Assembly: GCF_011386835.1 (NCBI RefSeq)
Contig: NC_088800.1
Location: forward strand, 558,001 to 622,000
From: Chrysemys picta bellii
Lineage: Eukaryota
DNA length: 64,000 nt
Direction: 5' to 3'
Both the position numbers and the translations under genes were made by a program. A model generated the notes under the pieces. It saw only the letters and a list, made by a program, of their open reading frames with translations. It did not search any database and was not told where the DNA came from. Below are positions 41,501 through 49,637 of this stretch, in pieces; positions within the stretch are counted from its first letter, which is position 1; each line of letters starts with the position of its first letter.

Positions 41501-44347
41501 GCACCCCAGTGAGCAGCGCCTGGGCCAGAGCCTCCTCCAGGCTGCTAAGCCGCGCCCAGTCCTGCTGCAGGAAGAGGAGCAGGGTCTGGTCTCTGCGGAA
41601 GAGGCTCACCAGGCTGTGGGTGAGGCTCAAGAGCATGTCCCAGTCACGGCTGCCCCTCAGCGAGATCAGGACATCCCGCAGCTGCAGAGCAGGGCTCGGG
41701 GAGGGCTGAGAGAGGAGGTGCTGCAGCAGGCTCCCCCAGGGCGTGCCCTCGAGCTCCTCCAGCTTCTGCTGCTCGAGGTGCATGGAGATGTTGTACAGAA
41801 AGCCAGAAATCTGGCTCCTGCTACCGCGGTTCTGCCACAGGGCCCGGAGGGGGGAATTCCCGACTGCAGGCAGGATCCCCAGGGACTCCAGCCCCACCAG
41901 CATGCTCCTCACCAGAGACTTCACGTCCTCCTGCCGCCTCAGGCCTGCTGGGAAGCTGGACAGGACAGAGCCACCAGACCGCCGCCCGCCCTCCAACATC
42001 AGAAAGGAGATGAGGTCTCGGACCGGGACCCTGTGCCCTTCCGGGGCTGCTCCTGCAGGGGAAGCCAAGTCGGCTGAAACTGCATGGAGCAGGGCCCCAG
42101 ACTGAGAACAAGGGTCACCCCATACCAGTCAAGGATCCCATCTCCCTGACCAGTGACTGTGGGTCCACATCACCCTGCAGCTGGTGAACAAGCAGCAATT
42201 CCCAGCCAATCAGGTGCAGCACACGGGCCTCCATGGCTGCCCACCGGCAATCTTGGCTCGGGCCCCCCTGCCTGGGCACCTGGGAGCCCGCTGGGGCAGG
42301 GCCGGTATCTCTCCGCTCTCTGCCAAGCGCACGGTGCCCTTCAGGGCTCCAAAGGCAGGACCTCCCCCAGCAACTGGCTGAGTGAGGGGCGCTCCCCTCC
42401 CTCTCCAGCGTGTGCAGGGCCAGGACTTGGCACTCATCCAGCCCTACCAATGGGCGACACCTGCCTCACGCCTTCCCCGGTTCTCCGAGACGGGCTGAGC
42501 ACCTGCAGCTCCCCGTGCCCAGCTCAGCGCCTCTCCAGACCTGGCTATCCAGGAATCACTGGGCCCACCTGTGCCTGGGGCCTGCTGCCGTGACAGTGCC
42601 TGGGCTCTCTGCACCCACCTTTGCACGTTCACATCCCTGTGGCACTAGAAACTGATCATTGCTGTAGCCAGGCACACGCCACTCCCAGAGAGCTGCCCAC
42701 GGCGTTACTAGCCGCCCTCTTGTAATGCACCAGCAACACCGACAGGTGGCACGTTCACATCTGATCCAAGGAAATACCTTTTCATGCCACATAGTTCATC
42801 TGTGGGACTCACTGCTACAGGATATCACTGATTGGCCCAGGCAAGCAACATCTTCCTGTTATCAGGAGCTTTCCTGCTGGGAGACACTAGGGCACGTCTG
42901 TCTGGGCAGACAGACTTACGCTGCCTCTGCTGGAGCTAACATGCTAAAAATAGCAGTGCGGCCATTGGGGAATGGGGGGGCTCCGGCTAGCCGCCCAAGC
43001 TCGGCCCGAGGGGGCTGAGAGGGCTTTGACTTGGAACTGTCCTGGGACAGGGTTTCCAGCACTTGGCCCCAGTCAGGGACGGGATGTGAGGCTAGTGGGG
43101 CCCTGCCACCCCAGCAGTCTGGCTTTCTGCTCCCTGCTGTCCCCTGGTTCCCTTGTGAAGCGGAGACGCTGCCTCTCAGGAACGTACCCAGGAAGAGACG
43201 CTTTACATGCCGATGCCCCCGATCCCCTCTACCCACACTCACCCGCCTGGGGCAGAGGTTGCAGCAGCAGCAGCCAGAGGCACCAGCGGGACAAAGCCAT
43301 TTCTCGGTGTTCTCATGCAGGGCAGGAGCCCCCAGAGCCAGAGGTTGGGGAAGCTGGTGGTCACAGGGGCGTTCAGCCGGACTGGGGAGCAGAGAGCTCG
43401 CTGCCAGGATACAGGACCTGTACCGTGACACCAGACGCTGTCAGCGGGACTGGCAGGCGAATCCCAGCTCACCTGATCTCTTTCCGCCGGCTGAGCATTA
43501 CTTACACCCAGGAAGGACGAGTCCAGCTCAGTGCTCACCTTACACTTTCCACTCAAAGGGAGGGGAGGGGAGGGGAGGAACGCCGGAGACTGCCAGGGCA
43601 CGAGGGCCAAGGGGCAGGCGCCCGAGGCTGCGCTGGAACTCAGGAGATCTGTGTTTGTTTCCTGGCTTTGCCACAGATTCCCCTTGTAGCTTTCGGAAAG
43701 TCACTTGGGCTCAGATCTATTGAAATCAATGGACGTGAAGAGCCACAATATGGTCGTGGTCTGTGCAGCCCCCAGCACCAAGGGGCCCCCATCTCGGTCG
43801 GGGTCCGTGCAGCCCCCGGCACCAGGGGGCCCCCCCATCTCGGTCGGGGTCCGTGCACCCCCCGGCACTAGGGGGCCCCCCATCTCGTTGGGGTCCGTGC
43901 AGCCGCTGGTAGCATGGGTCCAATCTTGGCTGCTGGCTCTCGGTGCCCCAGGACTGCCAGCATTGATGATAACAGCTAATGCTGAGTGTCCAGTCAGGCC
44001 AAGGGCCAACATGCACCAGGACGACGACGCATTGCAAGAGGCAGACACACCTTACCTGGTGATGGGGGAGGGGAGAGCAAGGTGCATCTGCCTCCTGGAG
44101 TGCCCTCTCTGACTACCCCAGTGCCATTCCGGCTCTGTGCCCAGACGGGATCTGACAGCCCGGCACGGAGCCCGAAGCTGCAGGGCTAAGGCAGGGAGAT
44201 GCAAGTGCCCCTTGGGGCAGCAGGGGGAAGGGTGAGCACGCACTGACCCCTGTCACCTGGGGTCACCCACAGGACAGCAGCAGGCGCTAACCTGGCCCCT
44301 AGCCAGGGTAGCAGCATAGGCCCAGGAATAAGGGCTGTGAGCCCCAT
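20519..44347 (-). CDS. STRC: Stereocilin (whole gene, 28 coding exons, ~1836 aa)
   Basis: The exons listed below sum to 5511 nt with consistent phases. Peptides match stereocilin (e.g. [37 protein letters not shown]). Hydrophobic C-terminus resembles a GPI-anchor signal. Only the start exon is uncertain. Confidence 0.93.
20725..21058. repeat. 35-39-bp CpG-rich VNTR, ~9.5 copies
   Basis: Unit tgcacgcccgg(c)n-ggcacacgcagacacgac with variable poly-C. Confidence 0.97.
21367..21514 (-). CDS. STRC: STRC penultimate exon
   Basis: [21 protein letters not shown]...QDGR. Confidence 0.93.
21601..21912. repeat. ~38-bp C-rich VNTR, ~7 degenerate copies
   Basis: cccagccccctgctcccctgagctcggcccacgggggg. 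Confidence 0.9.
22068..22165 (-). CDS. STRC: STRC exon
   Basis: (A)[10 protein letters not shown]...IPAPKFT. Confidence 0.93.
22770..23035 (+). mobile_element. Old CR1 3' end fragment
   Basis: Degenerate ...aggctgggaataagg...actggcac...gggttggactagatg...ggtccc. Confidence 0.5.
23101..23353. repeat. 50-bp minisatellite, 4 copies plus partials
   Basis: Units start at 23101, 23151, 23201, 23251, 23301. Confidence 0.93.
23531..23679 (-). CDS. STRC: STRC exon
   Basis: [15 protein letters not shown]...[13 protein letters not shown]. Confidence 0.94.
23978..24120 (-). CDS. STRC: STRC exon
   Basis: [13 protein letters not shown]...LCGLRADE...REF(S). Confidence 0.93.
24183..24688 (+). mobile_element. 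Solo LTR, 506 bp, antisense to STRC
   Basis: (G)GTGAC...GTGACA termini, perfect 5-bp TSD GACCC (24178-24182, 24689-24693), AATAAA at 24598. Confidence 0.85.
24829..24984 (-). CDS. STRC: STRC exon
   Basis: [10 protein letters not shown]...[18 protein letters not shown]. Confidence 0.92.
25020..25260. repeat. Degenerate C-rich tandem repeat
   Basis: Recurrent atggctcccc / ctccccc motifs. Confidence 0.55.
26458..26627 (-). CDS. STRC: STRC exon
   Basis: [17 protein letters not shown]...LGKAKQ. Confidence 0.93.
26676..26797. mobile_element. hAT (Blackjack-like) MITE, 122 bp
   Basis: TIR TAGGGTGACCA/TGGTCACCCTA; perfect 8-bp TSD GTCACCGA. Confidence 0.92.
27086..27254 (-). CDS. STRC: STRC exon
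   Basis: [21 protein letters not shown]...SPVGAQ. Confidence 0.9.
27385..27715. repeat. Purine-rich compound repeat (~100-130-bp units, ~2.5 copies)
   Basis: caaggggtgggaggaatggagggacgggtggacagggcg at ~27427, ~27559 and ~27661. Confidence 0.85.
27740..27830 (-). CDS. STRC: STRC exon
   Basis: [30 protein letters not shown]. Confidence 0.92.
27913..28112 (-). CDS. STRC: STRC exon
   Basis: [24 protein letters not shown]...LTERVL(G). Confidence 0.92.
28195..28330 (-). CDS. STRC: STRC exon
   Basis: [16 protein letters not shown]...ALRLL. Confidence 0.9.
29284..29824. mobile_element. hAT (Blackjack-like) MITE split by a solo LTR
   Basis: Left TIR TCGGGTTACCA, right TIR TGGTCACCCTA; outer TSD CTCTGATG at 29276-29283 and 30054-30061. 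Confidence 0.8.
29306..29738 (+). mobile_element. Solo LTR related to 24183-24688
   Basis: TGTGAC...GTGACA; shared 3' segment actggctgagagtcct.gtgaatcgcaggaagggg.tgcagggcc...ctccgtgaca. Confidence 0.8.
29828..30048. mobile_element. hAT (Charlie-like) MITE
   Basis: TIR CAGGGGTTCTCAAACT / AGTTTGAGACCTATTG; perfect 8-bp TSD CCCTACTC. Confidence 0.88.
30582..30673 (-). CDS. STRC: STRC exon
   Basis: [12 protein letters not shown]...LGPRFLMDL(P). Confidence 0.88.
30837..30960 (-). CDS. STRC: STRC exon
   Basis: [16 protein letters not shown]...PGSL. Confidence 0.9.
31068..31126 (-). CDS. STRC: STRC exon
   Basis: [19 protein letters not shown](R). Confidence 0.9.
31230..31373 (-). CDS. STRC: STRC exon
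   Basis: [25 protein letters not shown]...LPWSQQQ (acceptor position slightly uncertain). Confidence 0.85.
31609..31767 (-). CDS. STRC: STRC exon
   Basis: [25 protein letters not shown]...AALLQ. Confidence 0.9.
32119..32157 (-). CDS. STRC: STRC 39-nt exon
   Basis: [13 protein letters not shown]; acceptor ttctcttccag, donor GTGAGT. Confidence 0.85.
32752..32846. mobile_element. Decayed Harbinger-like MITE
   Basis: GGCACTGTCTACACT start with a degenerate right TIR. Confidence 0.4.
32871..33076 (+). repeat. Direct repeat copy A (STRC intron)
   Basis: Near-identical to 53558-53761. Confidence 0.95.
33561..33743 (-). CDS. STRC: STRC exon
   Basis: [11 protein letters not shown]...HLTPAQ. Confidence 0.92.
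34339..34471 (-). CDS. STRC: STRC exon
   Basis: [16 protein letters not shown]...[12 protein letters not shown]. Confidence 0.92.
34557..34712. repeat. ~33-bp VNTR, ~5 copies
   Basis: (c)n-acgggccctgcagccacgacacaa. Confidence 0.9.
34757..34872 (-). CDS. STRC: STRC exon
   Basis: [10 protein letters not shown]...GEEQVH(R). Confidence 0.92.
34951..35272. repeat. ~55-bp G-rich VNTR, ~6 copies
   Basis: ggggtcccagcccttgggggtgcagggcctggaggggaggctcctgggaagtg. Confidence 0.93.
35464..35650 (-). CDS. STRC: STRC exon
   Basis: [10 protein letters not shown]...[18 protein letters not shown]. Confidence 0.92.
36117..36283 (-). CDS. STRC: STRC exon
   Basis: [10 protein letters not shown]...[16 protein letters not shown]...LANES(V). 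Confidence 0.92.
36472..36582 (-). CDS. STRC: STRC exon
   Basis: [26 protein letters not shown]...RLQ. Confidence 0.92.
36611..36672. repeat. 28-bp tandem duplication
   Basis: gggcccacggagctgcgcggccagggca x2 plus a partial. Confidence 0.85.
36858..36920 (-). CDS. STRC: STRC exon
   Basis: [21 protein letters not shown]. Confidence 0.92.
37651..37772. mobile_element. hAT (Blackjack-like) MITE, 122 bp
   Basis: TIRs as at 26676; TSD AACCGAGT/AACCTAGT (7/8). Confidence 0.9.
38737..40006 (-). CDS. STRC: STRC large Cys-rich exon (1270 nt)
   Basis: [15 protein letters not shown]...KKELLSCFS. Confidence 0.93.
40910..40934 (-). CDS. STRC: STRC 25-nt microexon
   Basis: (G)TLQQLLL(W); acceptor tttttcag, donor GTGAGT; bridges phase 1 to phase 2. 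Confidence 0.88.
41039..42052 (-). CDS. STRC: STRC exon (1014 nt)
   Basis: [17 protein letters not shown]...[18 protein letters not shown]...EGKCTV; phase 1-1. Confidence 0.9.
43763..43903. repeat. ~45-bp tandem repeat, 3 copies
   Basis: gtgcagcccccggcaccaggggg(c)n-atctcggtcggggtcc. Confidence 0.88.
44257..44347 (-). CDS. STRC: STRC probable first coding exon (signal peptide)
   Basis: [30 protein letters not shown], phase-1 donor CAG|GTGACA matching the next exon. A strong acceptor (ctcttcttcctccag) just upstream of 44364 implies a further upstream exon. Confidence 0.5.
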
Positions 44348-44445
44348 TAGCCAATTCCCGACCCCTGGAGGAAGAAGAGCCTGCAGGATCCGTGCCCCAT
44401 TGACATTTCTCTGCCATTACTGAGAGGGACCATGCCCCACCCTCC

Positions 44446-44590
44446 CATACGGACTGCTCCCCTCCCCCCACTGATAGAGACCAACCCCCCACCCTGCCAT
44501 ACGGACTGCTCCCCTCCCGCACTGATAGAGACCAACCCCCCACCCTCACATACAGACTGCTCCCCTCCCCCACTGATAGAGACCGAGCCT
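44446..44590. repeat. ~52-bp tandem repeat, ~3 copies
   Basis: catacggactgctcccctccc.cactgatagagaccaacccc. Confidence 0.85.
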
Positions 44591-45474
44591 TTCCCCCACC
44601 TCTGTACCCGTAGCCCATCTCCCAGGCCCTCCTGTACCCGTAGCCCAGCCCCCCAGCCCTGGTACCGGCAGCTCAGCCCCCTCACAGGGCTCGGCACTCG
44701 GAGCAGCGGTGCACAATCGATGTACTTGTCCTGCCAAAGCATCGGGGCACCACACCGGACACTGCTGGTCTCTGCTCGGACAGCCCCTGGCACGAGCCTG
44801 TAACCTGAGGCCTGTCCCTGCACAGCCTGGCTGATCTCCGCCAGCCCGGACGCCTCTGCCCGTGAACAATGGCCAGCCTGCTCCATTATTGATGTCTTGG
44901 GGCACGGCCTGCTCGGCTCCATTCACCAGCAGAATAATTGAGGAGACGGTGAAATGTCCTGGGATGGGGGCAGCTGCCTGCCTTCTCTCAGCAGGCCAGG
45001 CCCAGACACCCTGACAACTGGGGGTCCCAGCCAGCAGCCGGGGGTACAGCAGGGGTCTGCAGGACAAAGAGATCCTCCATCTCCAGGCCCAGAGGACGGC
45101 TGTGCTGCATTCCAGCTGGTCTTCACCTGCCCACTGCCAGGCGCTGTGTGTCCTACATGGCAGGTTAGAGCCCACGCTGGGGCACCGCCCCGCCCAGATG
45201 CTTCTCCCTGGAACTGGTCATGGGGCAACACCTGTTTCCAGGCCAAGCCGGAGCAAGAGAGGTAGGCAGAAAACAGGAGGCAAGCTTCAGTCCAGCTGCG
45301 GTGGGCAGGCCTTGGGACTTCACAGCTCCCTCCTGGACAGGTGACGAGAACAGCTGCTTGGACAAACAAGGAAGTAAATAAAAGCAGCTGCATCCCCCTC
45401 TACCCCAGCCTGGTGACAGAGTGAGGGGAGCGGAGAGCGGGAGGGGGAGGGAGTGATCGAGGACGTGGCCTCAG

Positions 45475-45640
45475 GGAAGGGGCGGGGCAGCGGCAGGGCA
45501 AGGGTGTTTGGGTTTGTGCAATTAGACAGTTGACAACCCTATAGCTAGCTCATAATTAGCTTGCTTGATTTCATGTTTGAGGTTCATCTGACCATTTAGT
45601 TCCCTCTGCAATGGCAAATGGGCAAACAGGTCAAGGGGCA
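45475..45640. promoter_or_regulatory. Candidate STRC promoter/enhancer block
   Basis: Locally AT-richer block with GC box 45479, palindrome GTTGACAAC 45529, ATAATTAG 45552, E-boxes 45527/45585/45615 and FOX-like GCAAACA 45622. Confidence 0.35.
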
Positions 45641-46442
45641 GGAATTTCTTACCTTGACAAATATCCCAGGGAAGGGCTGGGCCCCATGGCTAGGGTTAGG
45701 GGGCTGGGAGCCAGAAGCTGCTCCGGGAAGATTCTTGTCTGTGGAGTCTGAAGGGTTAAGGTGAGTCACAGTCACGCCAAGGAAATGGACTCAGATCCCA
45801 CATACTGGATTCTGAGCAGATGAGGAGACTGGTTTTCCTGAAGTGTTTGACATTCACCTTTAAGAGACTCAGCCCCTTGAGAGTTTGGACTGACTGATCT
45901 CACCCAAGAGAGCAGGGCATGGCACCCTCCAGAACTTGGGGGTTCTGGCTCCTTTGCCCTGCTGGTCCTCTGCCAAGCAGCCCCCCAACGGGACTCCTCA
46001 CTGCCCCCCTCCCCAGCTCACAGGATGCAGTGGTTTTTCCTTTCAGCTCTGCATCTGACTCTCCAAAGCCTGAACCCTGCAGCAAAATGTTCCTTAACAT
46101 GAAAACTGCTCCCATCGCTCACCATAACCTCCAAAGGGTCACAAGCAGAGAGCCCCGGCAAGCTTCTCCCTCCCACTCCTCCAGGGATGCAGCAGGCAGG
46201 AATACCTCAGCTGCTCCCCACCCCACAGACAGATACACTGGTTCAGTTTCCTTGCTCCCCATAACTGTGCACACAAACAGCAGACACCCCTCCCCCCCAT
46301 CCCACTCAAGGATACAGCATGAGATCACCTATCTCTCACAAAAAGACAGAGTAAAGGAAACTCCAGATAAGGGCAACATCAACACGGGTGATTGGAGGCC
46401 TGGAGGGCAGGGGCCAGGGTTGCCAGGACAAGGGGAGACTAA

Positions 46443-46514
46443 GGCCTTGTCCACGCAGAACTTTTGCACCACTGTAATTTTAAATTGGTGCAGCCCCTGT
46501 GTGTAGGCAAGCCC
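46443..46514. mobile_element. PIF/Harbinger-like MITE, 72 bp
   Basis: Imperfect TIR GGCCTTGTCCAC / GTAGGCAAGCCC; TAA TSD on both sides. Confidence 0.65.
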
Positions 46515-47559
46515 TAACGCTGCTTAGCTGGGAAAGCAGAACAAGACAGAACAGGCTACACCGGGGATGTAAAAGGAGCCAGCTAGGCCCCTCTTTACTC
46601 CTGGGATTGGAGAACAAAGAGCAGTGAGTGAAAGCCAAAAGCTACAGAAGGGAAACCCAGGTGCTTCGGCAGCATCACGCTAGTCTGCGGACCTTGCTGC
46701 ACCACGGGATTACTGAGGCAGAGCAGCTACCACACAGCTGGGGCAGGATTACATGGCTGCTCCCCCTCTTGCTTCTGGGGTCACCAGCTGGGGACCAGGA
46801 ATGGCATCTCCCCAGAACAGGGGTGGCACAGAGGTGTCCTGTGAGGGCTCAGAACATCTCTGCAGCCCCCAGCATTGGCCAGTCTTTGGGAAATAGCAGG
46901 GAGGCAGTGACGGGGAGGGGGGGCCGTGCTGTCATTGTCTTTGATGGGTGTGCTACGCATACACCCTGGCTGCAAATCCTCTGTCTACACTGTCGCTGAT
47001 AGGGAAGGGTGGGTCTCACAGGCAGATTGCAGCTAAGGGGGTGAGATTTATTGACAGACATTAAAACTTTTGCTGCTAGATTCTCTCATCCCTCCTCTTT
47101 GCCAGACGTCCCAATAACCTACCCCACTGATCAGCCCTTGGAGAGCAGTGAAAGGAAGCCATGGCTAGGTTCTGAACCCAAGTCACTGTCCCAAAAGCCC
47201 ATTATCCCTCACTCCCCCAGCTGCTGGGGGCACCTCCCTTCCCGGCTCCATTTCAGGGGGGCTGGCGGGGACTGAACAGGAACCGCTGCTGACCAGGAGC
47301 TCTGCAGCCCTGGGGCAGACAAAGGTGGAACCTCTCCCAGGGAGGTGCCAGATCCAGGCCCCCCAGGAGAACAGACAAGGAGGCACTTTCAGCTTCTCCA
47401 CCCTTCCCAGGCTGGAGGGAGCTGAGTTTGGAGCAGCCGGGGGAGGAGGGCCCGGGGCCTGCAGAGAAGCGGGGAGGGGGAAGCCCGGACCGGACCTGAC
47501 CGGACCCAGTGCAGCCTCAGCCTCACCTTGACACCAACCTCGTTGAACCGGCCCAGTCG

Positions 47560-47700
47560 CTGCCACGTGCCTGGACATTCCCACGTGTGCACAAGCCCCG
47601 CCCCAATCCGCGGCTTTCTGCGGCTTTGGCCAATCCGCGTGCGGGGGTGGGAGTCCTGTGGGCGGGGCCTGTCCCGGGAGAGCGGGTTTAAAACTCGCGC
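47560..47700 (+). promoter_or_regulatory. Probable ZIP core promoter (CpG island)
   Basis: CACGTG 47564 and 47582; TGCACAC on - 47585-47591; CCAAT 47603 and 47630; GC boxes 47596 and 47660; TATA-like TTTAAAA 47687-47693. Confidence 0.65.
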
Positions 47701-47729
47701 GGGCGGCCAGGGGGCCCCGGGGTGGCGTC

Positions 47730-47826
47730 ATGCGGTCCCTGCTGGCGGCCAAGCTGGGCTGCCTGCTCGGGCTGCTGGTCCTGCCACTGCTCTGCGGGCT
47801 GCTCCCCGTGCGGCTGCGGGCCGCGG
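47730..47826 (+). CDS. ZIP coding exon 1
   Basis: MRSLLAAKLGCLLGLLVLPLLCGLLPVRLRAA; donor G|GTGGGT, phase 1. Confidence 0.88.
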
Positions 47827-49222
47827 GTGGGTGCGGGGTCTCCCGGGGGGAGGGGCGGGATCCTGCCCCCCGCGGGCCGGGGTCTCCCGGGCGGGATCCT
47901 ACTCACGCGGGTTGGGGGTCTCCTGGGCGCCGGGTTCCCGCGGGCCGGGGTCTCGCGGGCGGGATCCTGCCCACGTGGACCGGGGTCTCCCGGGCGGGAT
48001 CCTACTCAAGCGGGCCGGGGGTCTCCTAGGATCCTGCCCCCCGCGGGCCGGGGTCTCCCGGGGGGAGGGGCGGGATCGATCCTGCCCACGCGGGCCGGGG
48101 TCTCCCGGGCGGGATCCTACTCACGCGGGCCGGGGTCTCCCAGCGGGGGGCTGCCATCCTGACTGTTCCGTCTCCGGAGCAGGGACCCGCGGGCGGTGGC
48201 GCAGCTTCGTTGGCTGCGTGGCCGGAGGCATCTTCCTGGCCGCCTGCCTGCTGGACATCGTCCCCGACTCTCTGTCCGACATGCGGGAGGAGCTGCGGAG
48301 ACAGCGGATCACGGTAGGGTACCCCGCACCCCCTCCCCGAATAACACTGGGATGGGGCCAGCTGGGCTCGCTGTTCCTCCGGTTCCCTGCTGCAGCCCCC
48401 CCCCCCATTGCAGCCCCCCACCCCCACCACACCCCCCCAGCTGGCCGTGGGGCCGTCTCCACCGAAGCAGGTCACTAGCGGCGGGTCGCTGCCCAGGGAG
48501 TTGCTCCGCTGGGTTGGGATGGCTGGACCCCTCTGCTCCGGCCAATGCTCTCTCTGCTTCCCCAGGTGGATTTTCCCTTTCCTGAGTTCGTGCTGACTCT
48601 TGGCTTCCTGCTGGTTCTCATAATCGAGCACGTAGTCCTGGACTGCAGTGAGCGGCGGGCAGGGGAGGCCACCCCCCTCCTCTCCTGTGGGGAGGCCACC
48701 CCTCAGCCAGCAGGCACTGGTGAGTGGGTGGTGGAGACGGGTGTGCCCCACTTGCCTGCAGACTTTCGGGTCCACTCGTCCTTCCGCTCCTTTGTCCTCT
48801 TCTTGTCTCTGTCGGTGCACTCGCTGTTCGAGGGCCTGGCCGTGGGGCTGCAGGACACGGAGTCCAAGGTGCTGCAGATCTGCATTGCCATCCTGGTGCA
48901 CAAGAGCGTGATTGCTGTCGGCCTCTCCCTCCTGCTGCTCCAGAGCCAAGTCCCCACCCGCTGGTTTGTGGCTTTGATTGGCACCTTCGCCCTCATGTCT
49001 CCCCTTGGCATCGCCGTGGGAATCGTGATGATGCAGAACCCGGGCCCCGGCAGCACCATGGCCCAGTGCCTGCTGGAAGGGATCGCTGCAGGGACCTTTG
49101 TCTATATCACCTTCCTCGAGATCCTGCCTCACGAACTCAACTCCCCAAAGTGCCGCCTGCCCAAAGTGCTCTCCATGCTGCTGGGCTTCTCCGTCATGGC
49201 TGCCTTGCGCTTCCTGGGCTGA
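47730..49222 (+). CDS. ZIP subfamily II zinc transporter (SLC39A1/2/3-like), 3 coding exons, 294 aa
   Basis: join(47730..47826,48183..48313,48566..49222) = 885 nt, in frame. 8-TM pattern with TM4 LSVHSLFEGLAVG, TM5 ILVHKS and TM7 LEGIAAGTFVYITFLEILPHEL. Confidence 0.93.
47835..48141. repeat. CpG-rich VNTR filling ZIP intron 1 (~9 units of ~35-45 bp)
   Basis: Recurrent cgcgggccggggtctcccgggcgggatcct. Confidence 0.88.
48183..48313 (+). CDS. ZIP coding exon 2
   Basis: TRGRWRSFVGCVAGGIFLAACLLDIVPDSL...RIT. Confidence 0.9.
48566..49222 (+). CDS. ZIP coding exon 3
   Basis: VDFPFPEF...MAALRFLG-TGA. Confidence 0.94.
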   Translation: MDFPFPEFVLTLGFLLVLIIEHVVLDCSERRAGEATPLLSCGEATPQPAGTGEWVVETGVPHLPADFRVHSSFRSFVLFLSLSVHSLFEGLAVGLQDTESKVLQICIAILVHKSVIAVGLSLLLLQSQVPTRWFVALIGTFALMSPLGIAVGIVMMQNPGPGSTMAQCLLEGIAAGTFVYITFLEILPHELNSPKCRLPKVLSMLLGFSVMAALRFLG

Positions 49223-49631
49223 CGTCATTGGCCCTGCTTGGGCACCTGCTGGCTGCGCTCACATGTACTGAGGCAGACGCCGGCCTGGGAAACCATCAGC
49301 TACAGGTTCAGCCCCGGCTACCAGGGTGTCTCCTGGAGATGGACTGGGATGAGTTTTAGGGGTGGGAGGGTCTTGGGACTTGGGGGTGGGTTCAGGGCAG
49401 CCTGGTTTTTGCTCTGGAGTCCAAGTAGGGCCTGGATTAATAGTCTAGCAGTAGGCTGTTCACGAGCGTAATGCTTGCACTTGGGCCGGCAGGTGAGGTG
49501 AACGTGTAAACTCCTGATCACCATCACTCAGATGTTGTGGTGATGGGGGGTGTTCACAAAGCAGCCCCTCCATTTTATCCTTTTAAACGTCTATCGAACT
49601 GATTTTTACAAATGGAAATTGCGTGGCGTGC

Positions 49632-49637
49632 ATTAAA
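49632..49637 (+). terminator. Candidate polyA signal (ATTAAA) of the ZIP gene
   Basis: ATTAAA ~410 nt after the stop. Confidence 0.5.

Noticed and set aside
42720-42835. Very old LINE 3' fragment ([14 protein letters not shown]-like)
   Set aside because: Too short and degenerate to assign or delimit by eye.
43473-43551. Cluster of three strong donor-like sites on -, including a possible 18-nt phase 1-1 microexon (43473-43490)
   Set aside because: Weak acceptor, not needed for frame and no homology support; only RNA data could rescue it.
44923-45393. ORF MQLLLFTSLF... as the definitive STRC exon 1
   Set aside because: No convincing phase-1 donor after the hydrophobic stretch; kept only as an alternative in the findings.
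48026-49228. 400-aa - strand ORF overlapping the ZIP gene
   Set aside because: Antisense shadow of a GC3-rich membrane-protein CDS.
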